64,000 nt of DNA. It comes from a bacterium (GTDB taxonomy: Bacteria > Bacillota > Clostridia > Oscillospirales > Acutalibacteraceae). Shown piece by piece: positions 34,904 to 43,145 of this stretch. Position 1 is the stretch's first letter. Each line of letters opens with the position of its first letter. The stretch spans positions 283 through 64,282 of the forward strand of contig CAVGWP010000001.1 in NCBI GenBank assembly GCA_963633095.1, in the 5' to 3' direction. Both the position numbers and the translations under genes were made by a program. The notes below the pieces were generated by a model that had not been told where the DNA came from, searched no databases, and worked only from the letters and a program-made list of their open reading frames with translations.

Positions 34904-35410
34904 ATGATCAGATTTGAAGAAATATACGAACAGAATTTCAACGGCATTTGGTCGTTTTTCATGAAGCTTTGTTCAGATAGAAACTTATCCGAGGAGCTGA
35001 CTCAGGAGACATTTTTCAGAGCATACACCTCGCTTGAAAGATACCGCGGCGACAGCAGCGTGTTCACATGGCTTGCGGCGATAGCGAAGAATGTCTGGTT
35101 TTCACACCTGAGAAAAAGGAGGCTCTCAGCCGACAGTATGTCAGTTGATTCGGTAATCGAGCTGTGGGGCGGCGAGCGCGTCTCGCCGGAGGACAGCTTT
35201 ATCAAAGAAGAAACAGCGGCGGCTGTGCGCGAATGGATAGCCGCAATGCCGAAAAAGTACCGCGATGTCGTGGTGCTGAGAATATATGCGGGTCTGCCGT
35301 TTCGGCAGGTCGCAAAAGCAATGAATATAAACGAAAATTCCGCAAAGGTTTTGTATTTCAGAGCGAAGAATATTTTAAAAGAGAGGATTGAAAGGGAAAA
35401 TGAAATGTAA
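34904..35410 (+). CDS. ECF-type RNA polymerase sigma factor
   Basis: 168 aa with region 2 (LSEELTQETFFRAY...FTWLAAIAKN) and region 4 (YRDVVVLRIYAGLPFRQVAKAMNINENSAKVLYFRAK). Confidence 0.9.
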   Translation: MIRFEEIYEQNFNGIWSFFMKLCSDRNLSEELTQETFFRAYTSLERYRGDSSVFTWLAAIAKNVWFSHLRKRRLSADSMSVDSVIELWGGERVSPEDSFIKEETAAAVREWIAAMPKKYRDVVVLRIYAGLPFRQVAKAMNINENSAKVLYFRAKNILKERIERENEM

Positions 35411-35720
35411 TGCTGTTCAGGATCTGGTGGTGTTATATAAGGAGGGTGCTGTGTGCGACGAAACGAGGGATGATATCCGAAGCCATCTTTTCAGCTGCCC
35501 GCGCTGCCGCAGATACTATCGCGACTATGAGCGGCTTTGCAGCGATAATCCGTCGCTTGCTTACGATCGGTCTGAGCCGCCGGTACACGATTTCGCAATG
35601 CTTGCCCACCGTATCCGTATCCACCACTGGCTCAGACGGATCTCCCGTATTGCAGTCGGCATTTCCGCAGTCGCCGCGACAGTTGTCGTCTGCCGTCTGC
35701 TTTTCAGATCGAAAGACTGA
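35400..35720 (+). CDS. Membrane-anchored anti-sigma factor with ZAS (zf-HC2) motif
   Basis: An HxxxCxxC motif (HLFSCPRC) sits near the N-terminus and a single C-terminal TM helix (IAVGISAVAATVVVCRLLF) follows. Its start overlaps the sigma gene stop. Confidence 0.75.
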   Translation: MKCNAVQDLVVLYKEGAVCDETRDDIRSHLFSCPRCRRYYRDYERLCSDNPSLAYDRSEPPVHDFAMLAHRIRIHHWLRRISRIAVGISAVAATVVVCRLLFRSKD

Positions 35721-35761
35721 TCGCATTCTCACATATTCAAAATTGATTAAAGGGTGATTTT

Positions 35762-36427
35762 TTGACAGCTTTTATGTTGTGTTGCGCCGTCCTTTCGGTG
35801 ATGGTCAATATTATCTGGGTCTTCAAAAGCGGCGCCGGTATTCACACAAGAGTGCAGACTTCTGTTATAAACGCGCTGTTTGCGGTATATCTCATCATTT
35901 GCGACGCAGTCTATCCGTCGCTTTCGGAGCAATCGCTTTATAATGTCAGCGAAAACTATTCATATATCTTCATCATTTCTCTCACAGTCATTTCGCTGCT
36001 GCCGATACTTATCCTGCAAATGGCTCATTCATTCAAGCGATATGCCCCGAAATTCACTCATTTCTGGGGATTTTTCACACTGTATATCGCACTTCTTATC
36101 GGACTTATAGTGAACTGCTGGGCATTCAATAAAGCGTTTCGGTTCCTTGTGATCTTCGTTCCGCTGCATCTTGTATTCTTCATGCTCATGCTCAGCTCGA
36201 TCATGCTCGATATGTCGAAAAAAGCCGAATTTATAAGCGGTGTCTGCATAAACAGCGTGCTGTGCGGTCTGACTCTTGCAATGCTCATTTTCGCCGTGTG
36301 GGACGATCTCTCAGGCGGTATGATCAGCATAGCGTCGATCGTTATGACAGCTGCCGTGCTGCTGCTCACGCTGATAAGCGTGCTCATGCCGATATTTGCG
36401 CATAAGTCGGCAGGGAAGAAAGCATGA
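35762..36427 (+). CDS. Polytopic integral membrane protein, unknown function
   Basis: About 6-7 hydrophobic helices. TTG start lies after AAGGGTGA. It overlaps the next gene by 4 nt. Confidence 0.65.
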   Translation: MTAFMLCCAVLSVMVNIIWVFKSGAGIHTRVQTSVINALFAVYLIICDAVYPSLSEQSLYNVSENYSYIFIISLTVISLLPILILQMAHSFKRYAPKFTHFWGFFTLYIALLIGLIVNCWAFNKAFRFLVIFVPLHLVFFMLMLSSIMLDMSKKAEFISGVCINSVLCGLTLAMLIFAVWDDLSGGMISIASIVMTAAVLLLTLISVLMPIFAHKSAGKKA

Positions 36428-37638
36428 AGATCGCAATTATCGGCGGCGGTGCTTCGGGACTTATCGCCGCAATAACGGCAGCAAAAAACGGCGCGGATGT
36501 CACTGTTTTCGAGCGTAACGACCGTGTCGGCAAGAAGCTGCTCTCAACAGGCAACGGCAGATGCAATATTACAAACGACAAAGTGTTAGCCGAGAATGAA
36601 AACGGTGCGCTTTCCCACTATTTCGGGGAGGATACCGAGTTTGCAAAGCCGGCGCTCAAGGCGTTTGACAATGAAGCACTGCTCGGGTTTTTCGGCTCGC
36701 TCGGCGTGTTTTTTCGCTTCGATCGCGGCAAATATTATCCCTATTCCGAAACTGCGTCCACCGTGCTCGATGTCCTCAGAGGGTATGCCGACCGCTGCGG
36801 TGTTAAAACCGTATGCGGCAGTATGATAACCTCGGCGGTAAAGAAAAACGGCGGATTTATTGTCGGTGATACATTGTTTGACCGTATTATAATCGCCTGC
36901 GGCGGCAAAAGCAGTCCGCACCTTGGAACGGACGGCTCGGGCTATGATCTCGCAAGATCGTTTGGTCATAAGATAAGTCTGCTCACCCCTGCGATAACTC
37001 AGATCAAAACTAATTCGGATATTCCGCGTAGGCTCAAGGGTATAAAGTGCGACGCTCGGCTGACAGCGATAAAGCACGGTAAAGCGGTTCGCAGCGAGAT
37101 TGGTCAGCTGCTGTTTACCGACTACGGACTTTCGGGCCCGCCTGCGTTTTCGCTTTCCGTTTGTGCGGACGAGCATACGATCATCGAGCTTGATCTTTGC
37201 CCGGATCATTCGTTCGGCGAGCTCACAGACAATATCAAAAAAATAATCAATAATCCTTATAAGACCGGACTTCAGGCAGGAGAGCTGCTGATGCCTATGC
37301 TCAACCGCAGAGTGGGACAGGAGATCGTCCGCTATGCGAAAATTCCGCTTTCAATGCCCGCGCACGACCTTAATGACAGGCAGATAAAAGCGGTTGCGAA
37401 CGCTATGAAAAAGCTTTGTATGCCGTGCGGCGGAGTCAAGGGCTTTCAAAACGCGCAGGTCACTCTCGGCGGCGTCAAAACGCGCGAGATCGACAGCAAA
37501 ACAATGGGCTCAAAGCTATGCAAAGGGCTTTATATCTGCGGCGAGGCTCTTGATATAACAGGCGACTGCGGCGGATATAATCTTCAGTGGGCGTTTTCAT
37601 CGGGCTTCGCGGCAGGAAAGGCGGCGGCAGAATGTTAA
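36424..37638 (+). CDS. BaiN/RdsA (HI0933)-family NAD(P)/FAD-dependent flavoprotein
   Basis: IAIIGGGASGLIAA...STGNGRCNITN matches the N-terminal signature of this family. 404 aa. Confidence 0.8.
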   Translation: MKIAIIGGGASGLIAAITAAKNGADVTVFERNDRVGKKLLSTGNGRCNITNDKVLAENENGALSHYFGEDTEFAKPALKAFDNEALLGFFGSLGVFFRFDRGKYYPYSETASTVLDVLRGYADRCGVKTVCGSMITSAVKKNGGFIVGDTLFDRIIIACGGKSSPHLGTDGSGYDLARSFGHKISLLTPAITQIKTNSDIPRRLKGIKCDARLTAIKHGKAVRSEIGQLLFTDYGLSGPPAFSLSVCADEHTIIELDLCPDHSFGELTDNIKKIINNPYKTGLQAGELLMPMLNRRVGQEIVRYAKIPLSMPAHDLNDRQIKAVANAMKKLCMPCGGVKGFQNAQVTLGGVKTREIDSKTMGSKLCKGLYICGEALDITGDCGGYNLQWAFSSGFAAGKAAAEC

Positions 37639-39206
37639 AAGTCAATATGCGTCTGCCGCTGGATTACGACGGCAAGATCATAAAAAAGCGGATCTGTTCA
37701 TCGCTCGGCATAGAAAAGGATAAGCTCCTTTCTTATAAGCTTTTAAAGCTTTCTCCCGATGCAAGAGATAAATCGGCGGTCTGCTTCAATGCTTCTTTCG
37801 CGGTCGCCGTTGATAAAAAGGTTTATAAAAAAGCAGCGGCGAGAAAGGGTGTGCAGGAATATTCGCGGTGCGGCTATATTTCACCGAAGCCGCTTGAGTG
37901 TGCGCCCAAACTTCGTCCTATCGTTGTCGGCGCAGGCCCTGCGGGGCTATTCTGCGCTTATGTCCTTGCACTGTCGGGTGCGCGCCCGATAGTGTGCGAA
38001 CGCGGCGAAACAATAGAAAAGCGCGTTTTGTCGGTTGAGCGGTTCTGGAAAAGCGGCGAGCTCGACACCGAATCGAATGTCCAGTTCGGCGAGGGCGGAG
38101 CAGGCACCTTTTCTGACGGCAAGCTGAATACCGGCATACGCGATGAGCGCATTTCATTTGTGTTTGACACATTTGTCGGCTGCGGCGCGCCCGAAGAGAT
38201 ACTTTGGCGGCAAAAGCCTCATGTCGGCACCGATAAACTCCGATTTGTCATAACAAATCTCCGCAAGAAAATAATCGAGCTCGGCGGCGAATTTATGTTC
38301 GGCGCTAAGCTGTGCGGTATCAAAACGAGCGGTGGTTCACTTAAAGCCGCTGTGATAGAAAGAAACGGTGCTATTGAAGCTGTCGAGTGCGGAAGGCTTG
38401 TTTTGGCACTCGGCCACAGTGCAAGAGATACATTTGAAATGCTGCTTCAAAGCGGCGTCGAAATGACGCAGAAGCCCTTTGCTGTCGGCGTTCGTATCGA
38501 ACACAGCCAGCAGTTTATAAACAAAGCGCAGTACGGCGCTTTTGCAGACCACCCCGCGCTTCCGGTTGCGGACTATAAGCTTGCCGTTCATCTTCAAAGT
38601 GGCAGAGGACTTTATACTTTCTGTATGTGTCCGGGCGGCTTTGTCGTCAATGCGTCAAGCGAGAAAAATATGATCGCAGTCAACGGAATGAGCAATTTCG
38701 ACCGCGCCGGTAAAAACGCAAACAGCGCTTTGCTCTGCGGTGTCGGAACAGACGATCTTCAAAGCAGTCACCCGCTGGCGGGAGTCGGATTTCAGCGCAA
38801 AATTGAATCGGCGGCTTACAGCATAAGCGGAAGCTACCGTCCCCCTGCAATGACGGTGGGCGCTTTGTTCGGCAAACACACGCCGATAGCAAAGGTCAAG
38901 CCGACGGCGGATGTCGCTGAATGTGATATTTCAAAGATCCTGCCCGATTTTGTTTCGGATAGCCTGAAAGACGGACTTTTGCTCATGGACAAAAAGATCA
39001 AGGGCTTTTGCGATGATAACGCGGTGCTGACAGCTCCCGAGACCCGATCGTCGTCGCCTGTGCGGATCACGCGGGATGACTGCGGCAGATCGAATGTTCT
39101 CGGAGTCTATCCGTGCGGCGAGGGAGCGGGATATGCGGGCGGAATAGTCTCCGCCGCGGTGGACGGCATTAAAACCGCCGAAAATGTAATAGCGTCTTTA
39201 AGATAA
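37632..39206 (+). CDS. FAD-dependent dehydrogenase (COG2509-like)
   Basis: Internal dinucleotide fold IVVGAGPAGLFCAYVLALSG. Start is ATG 37632, overlapping the upstream stop (ATGTTAA). Confidence 0.75.
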   Translation: MLKVNMRLPLDYDGKIIKKRICSSLGIEKDKLLSYKLLKLSPDARDKSAVCFNASFAVAVDKKVYKKAAARKGVQEYSRCGYISPKPLECAPKLRPIVVGAGPAGLFCAYVLALSGARPIVCERGETIEKRVLSVERFWKSGELDTESNVQFGEGGAGTFSDGKLNTGIRDERISFVFDTFVGCGAPEEILWRQKPHVGTDKLRFVITNLRKKIIELGGEFMFGAKLCGIKTSGGSLKAAVIERNGAIEAVECGRLVLALGHSARDTFEMLLQSGVEMTQKPFAVGVRIEHSQQFINKAQYGAFADHPALPVADYKLAVHLQSGRGLYTFCMCPGGFVVNASSEKNMIAVNGMSNFDRAGKNANSALLCGVGTDDLQSSHPLAGVGFQRKIESAAYSISGSYRPPAMTVGALFGKHTPIAKVKPTADVAECDISKILPDFVSDSLKDGLLLMDKKIKGFCDDNAVLTAPETRSSSPVRITRDDCGRSNVLGVYPCGEGAGYAGGIVSAAVDGIKTAENVIASLR

Positions 39207-39270
39207 TTTCCGCTGGACTTGGGGCGCGGAAAAGTGTATAATCAAATATAGAAATAAAAAGGTTGCGTGA

Positions 39271-39369
39271 TATCATGTTGAAAAGGGCGATGTCGATCCG
39301 GACGATAAGGTTGCTCTTCCCGATATCAGAGTACTTATTTCGGATATAACTGCAGGCAATGTTCAGTAA
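39271..39369 (+). pseudogene. Possible relic of a dockerin-encoding 3' end
   Basis: A 32-codon frame with no start codon translates to ...EKGDVDPDDKVALPDIRVLISDITAGNVQ*. It matches one dockerin Ca-loop/helix segment (D-x-D-x-D-x-x-V-x-x-x-D). Confidence 0.3.
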
Positions 39370-39405
39370 TCAAATCAAACTTTTAAAAACTCAGAGGTCG
39401 GGATC

Positions 39406-40119
39406 ATGAAGTATGAAAAGCTCGGGCAGTTCGGCGTTTTTTGTTCCGATGATCACAAATTCGGAACAGACGCTGTTTTGCTTGCGGACTTTGCCGCACC
39501 GAAAAGCGGAGAACGTATGTGCGAATTTGGCTGCGGCTGCGGTATCATAACAATGCTTTGCTGCCAAAAACAAGCCGATCTTTCGGTGACTGCGGTCGAT
39601 ATTCAAAGTGAGGCGGCTCATCTTGCACGCCTTTCCGCCGAGAAAAACGGGATCGTTGACAGAGTGTCGGTTGAATGTGCCGACCTGCGCGACTTTTCGG
39701 CGGAGCATAAAGCGCAGTTTGATCTTGTTGTGATGAATCCGCCTTATAAAAAGGCAGGCGCGGGGCTTGTGTCCGGCAACAAGGCTCGGGACATTGCCCG
39801 TTTCGAGACCTGCGGCACGATAGATGAGATCGCTTTAGCTGCGGCGGAGGTCTTGCGCTATCAGGGCAGATTTTGTATTTGTCACCGCCCCGAACGCTTG
39901 GGCGACGCGATCAAAGCCATGTATTTAGCAGGGCTCACGCCGAAAAAGCTCAGAACAGTCAGTCAAAGTAAACACAGCCGCGTATCACTCGTTCTGCTCG
40001 AAGCACGCAACGGCGGCGGCGACGGTATGACGGTTTGTCCGCCGCTGTTTATAGAGGACGAGAGCGAGCGGCTTTTCAAGGATTATTTCAGCGAAGAACG
40101 GAGAAAAACGAATGTCTAA
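39406..40119 (+). CDS. Class I SAM-dependent methyltransferase (TrmN6/YabB-like, N6-adenine type)
   Basis: SAM motif I EFGCGCG and the catalytic NPPY tetrad (VMNPPYKK). The position upstream of rsmI matches the Firmicute yabB-yabC arrangement. Confidence 0.8.
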   Translation: MKYEKLGQFGVFCSDDHKFGTDAVLLADFAAPKSGERMCEFGCGCGIITMLCCQKQADLSVTAVDIQSEAAHLARLSAEKNGIVDRVSVECADLRDFSAEHKAQFDLVVMNPPYKKAGAGLVSGNKARDIARFETCGTIDEIALAAAEVLRYQGRFCICHRPERLGDAIKAMYLAGLTPKKLRTVSQSKHSRVSLVLLEARNGGGDGMTVCPPLFIEDESERLFKDYFSEERRKTNV

Positions 40120-40942
40120 ATTGTTTGTTGTCGGAACACCTATCGGCAACCTTTCGGATATGTCGCCGCGCGCGGTCGAGACGCTGTCGAGCGTTGATTT
40201 TATCGCCTGCGAGGACACGAGAGTGACGATGAAGCTGATGAACCATTTTGATATAAAAGCACCGATGATAAGCTACCACGATCACAACCGCAAAATGCGC
40301 GGCGAAGAAATATTGCGGCGGCTTCAAAGCGGCGAAAGCTGCGCACTTGTGACCGATGCGGGAATGCCGGCAATATCCGATCCGGGCGAGGATCTTGTTA
40401 AACTGTGCCGTGAAAACGGTATCGAGGTCGAATCCGTCCCCGGCCCGACAGCGTTTGCGACCGCAATGGCGATCTCGGGTATGCCCGGCGGCAGATTCAC
40501 ATTCGAGGGCTTTTTGAGCGTTAATAAGCAAAGCCGCCGAGAGCACCTCGATTCTATCAAAAACGAACGCCGCACAATGATCTTTTATGAAGCTCCGCAC
40601 AAGCTTTTGAACACGCTCAAGGATCTGCTCGAAACGTTAGGCGACCGCGATACAGCCGTTTGCAGAGAGCTCACAAAGCTGCATGAGCAGGTTATCCGCA
40701 CAACGCTTTCGGCGGCAGTCGAAAAATACGAGGCGGAAAAACCGATAGGCGAATTTGTGCTTGTTGTCGGCGGTAAAACAGAAACGGAAAAAGCGGAGTA
40801 TACATTGTCCGAGGCGGTCGAAATGGCGCTGAAGCTGGTCAAAGGCGGTATGCAGATGACCAAAGCCGCAAAGGAAGTGAGCGGCGAGACAGGCTTTAAG
40901 AAAGGCGATATCTATAGATCGATGCTTGAAAAAATGGAATAA
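40112..40942 (+). CDS. rsmI: 16S rRNA (cytidine1402-2'-O)-methyltransferase
   Basis: The tetrapyrrole-methylase-fold N-terminus LFVVGTPIGNLSDMSPRA...CEDTR is typical of RsmI. 276 aa. Confidence 0.9.
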   Translation: MSKLFVVGTPIGNLSDMSPRAVETLSSVDFIACEDTRVTMKLMNHFDIKAPMISYHDHNRKMRGEEILRRLQSGESCALVTDAGMPAISDPGEDLVKLCRENGIEVESVPGPTAFATAMAISGMPGGRFTFEGFLSVNKQSRREHLDSIKNERRTMIFYEAPHKLLNTLKDLLETLGDRDTAVCRELTKLHEQVIRTTLSAAVEKYEAEKPIGEFVLVVGGKTETEKAEYTLSEAVEMALKLVKGGMQMTKAAKEVSGETGFKKGDIYRSMLEKME

Positions 40943-40948
40943 ACCCAT

Positions 40949-40987
40949 GCCGTGTTCGCAGTGCGCTGTGAAAACACGGCTTTTTTG
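40949..40987 (+). terminator. Intrinsic terminator after rsmI
   Basis: GCCGTGTT and AACACGGC pair, followed by TTTTTT. Confidence 0.75.
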
Positions 40988-41018
40988 TTCCCAAAAAACG
41001 AAAATCGGCAAAAACCAG

Positions 41019-41047
41019 TTGTAATTTCGGCTCGGGTGTGATAAAAT
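41019..41047 (+). promoter_or_regulatory. Candidate sigma-A promoter for aspS-gatCAB
   Basis: TTGTAA, 17-nt spacer, TAAAAT. Confidence 0.4.
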
Positions 41048-41098
41048 AATAAATAATTGTAATCAGATTTAATATGTATAGTGAGAGGACTGTTTTAA

Positions 41099-42835
41099 AT
41101 GGTTTATGAAAATGAATACCGCACTCACGAATGCGGTCAGCTCAGAGAAAGCGATATAGGCAAAAGCGTTCGCCTTTCCGGCTGGGTCGAGAACATTCGT
41201 GATCACGGCGGTATCCTTTTTATCGATCTGCGCGATGAAACAGGCGTTACACAGATCGTTATAAAAGATGAAAAAATGCTCGAGAATGTCACAAGAGAGA
41301 GTGCTGTTAAGATCGCGGGTGAGGTTCTTCGCAGAAGTGAAGAAACATATAATCCGAAGATCGAAACGGGCACTGTCGAAGTCAAGGCGGAAAGCCTTGA
41401 GATCCTCGGCAGGGCAAAGGCAAATCTCCCATTTGAAGTCGTTTCGTCCAAAGAAACAAGAGAGGATGTCCGCCTTTCCTATCGCTTTCTCGATCTGAGA
41501 AATAAAAAGGTTCATAATAATATTATCTTCCGCTCGAAGGTTATCTCTTTTCTGCGCGAGAAGATGACCTCTCTCGGCTTCCTCGATATTCAGACACCGA
41601 TCCTTTCGGCGTCCAGCCCCGAGGGTGCGAGAGACTATCTTATCCCGAGCCGCAAGCACAAGGGCAAGTTCTATGCTCTGCCGCAGGCTCCGCAGATCTT
41701 CAAGCAGCTTCTCATGGTATCCGGCTTCGATAAGTATTTTCAGGTCGCTCCCTGCTTCAGAGACGAGGATGCCAGAGCCGACAGAACACCGGGCGAGTTT
41801 TATCAGCTCGACCTTGAGATGGCGTTTGCAACTCAGGAGGATGTTTTCAAGGTCGCTCACGAGCTGCTTTACAGCACCTTCACAAAATTCTCGGATAAGC
41901 CTGTTTCAAAGGAGTTTTTGAAGATCCCTTATGAGACTGCAATGCTTAAATACGGCACAGATAAGCCCGATCTTCGCAACCCGCTTGAGATAATCGAGCT
42001 TTCGGATATGTTTGTCGAGACGGATTTTGCACCGTTTAGAGGAAAGACTGTCCGCGGCATCAATGCTCCGTGCGGAAAGCAGTCGAAGGGCTTTTTCGAG
42101 AAAATGCTCAAATTCGCAACAGATGAAGTCGGCATGAAAGGCCTCGGCTACATCACTGTTTTGGAGGACGGTTCTTATAAAGGCCCGATCGACAAATTCT
42201 TAACTCCCGAGCAGCGCGAGGAGCTCCGCCGCAGAGCCGATCTCAAAACCGATGATGTGCTTTACTTCATTGCAGACACAAAGCAGAATGCTCCGAAGTT
42301 CGCAGGTCAGATCCGCGAAGAGCTCGGTATTCGTTTGGGACTGCTCAAGGATACATTTGAGATCTGCTATATTATCGACTTCCCGATGTACGAGGAGGAC
42401 GATGACGGCAAGATCATCTTCACACACAACCCCTTCTCAATGCCGCAGGGCGGGCTTGACGCATTAAACGACGATCCGCTCAAGGTCCTCGCATATCAGT
42501 ATGATATCGTTTGCAACGGCGTTGAGCTGGTTTCCGGTGCCGTGAGAAACCACGACACCGAGATCATGAAGAAAGCGTTTGAGATCGCGGGCTACTCGGA
42601 GGATGATTTGAAGGCTAAATTCTCATCGCTCTACCGCGCATTCCAGTACGGCGCTCCGCCGCACGCAGGCATGGCGCTCGGTATCGACCGCACGCTTATG
42701 CTGCTGCGCGATGAGGACAATATCCGCGAAGTCATCGCATTCCCGATGAACTCCAATGCGCAGGATGTATTGATGGGAGCGCCGAACGAGGTAACGGAAC
42801 ATCAGCTTCGTGAGGTCCATATAAAGCTTAGATAA
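41099..42835 (+). CDS. aspS: Aspartyl-tRNA synthetase (bacterial type, probably non-discriminating)
   Basis: 578 aa with class II motifs (FRDEDARADR, GGLDR-type motif 3 GIDRTLML) and an OB-fold N-terminus. It is followed directly by gatCAB. Confidence 0.95.
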   Translation: MVYENEYRTHECGQLRESDIGKSVRLSGWVENIRDHGGILFIDLRDETGVTQIVIKDEKMLENVTRESAVKIAGEVLRRSEETYNPKIETGTVEVKAESLEILGRAKANLPFEVVSSKETREDVRLSYRFLDLRNKKVHNNIIFRSKVISFLREKMTSLGFLDIQTPILSASSPEGARDYLIPSRKHKGKFYALPQAPQIFKQLLMVSGFDKYFQVAPCFRDEDARADRTPGEFYQLDLEMAFATQEDVFKVAHELLYSTFTKFSDKPVSKEFLKIPYETAMLKYGTDKPDLRNPLEIIELSDMFVETDFAPFRGKTVRGINAPCGKQSKGFFEKMLKFATDEVGMKGLGYITVLEDGSYKGPIDKFLTPEQREELRRRADLKTDDVLYFIADTKQNAPKFAGQIREELGIRLGLLKDTFEICYIIDFPMYEEDDDGKIIFTHNPFSMPQGGLDALNDDPLKVLAYQYDIVCNGVELVSGAVRNHDTEIMKKAFEIAGYSEDDLKAKFSSLYRAFQYGAPPHAGMALGIDRTLMLLRDEDNIREVIAFPMNSNAQDVLMGAPNEVTEHQLREVHIKLR

Positions 42836-42850
42836 AAAGGAGACGGGTGT

Positions 42851-43129
42851 ATGGTAACGAAAGACGAGATACTTGATATCGCTCTGCTCTCTAAGCTCTC
42901 CGTTTCGGAGGACGAGCTTGAGGAGCTCACAGAGGAAATGATGAATATCATTAAATTTGCCGACACTATCAACGCCTTTGACGGCGAGATCGGCGAGTTT
43001 GACAATATCAACGGGCTCAAAAATGTGCTGCGGGACGATGAAGTCGTACCGTCTTACGACCGCAGCCGTATCCTCTCCAATGTAAACGGCGGAGAGGACG
43101 GATATTTCCCCGTTAAGAAGAAAATGTGA
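42851..43129 (+). CDS. gatC: Asp/Glu-tRNA amidotransferase subunit C
   Basis: 92 aa in the operon position for gatC. The KLSVSEDELEELTEEMMNIIKFAD pattern is typical. Confidence 0.9.
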   Translation: MVTKDEILDIALLSKLSVSEDELEELTEEMMNIIKFADTINAFDGEIGEFDNINGLKNVLRDDEVVPSYDRSRILSNVNGGEDGYFPVKKKM

Positions 43130-43145
43130 GCAAAGGAGTGTTGAA

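Noticed and set aside
34056-34962. ORFs inside the repeat-rich intergenic tract: 34056-34361(+), 34061-34282(-), 34340-34531(+), 34601-34837(-), 34614-34826(+), 34627-34962(-).
   Set aside because: None has a Shine-Dalgarno sequence. Their internal 'protein repeats' simply mirror the DNA repeats. They overlap one another on both strands, and their composition is not protein-like.
40943-41098. T-box leader upstream of aspS.
   Set aside because: The gap is only about 150 nt and contains a terminator for rsmI and a promoter. No AGAGA box, specifier loop or T-box GGTGGTACCGCG sequence is present.
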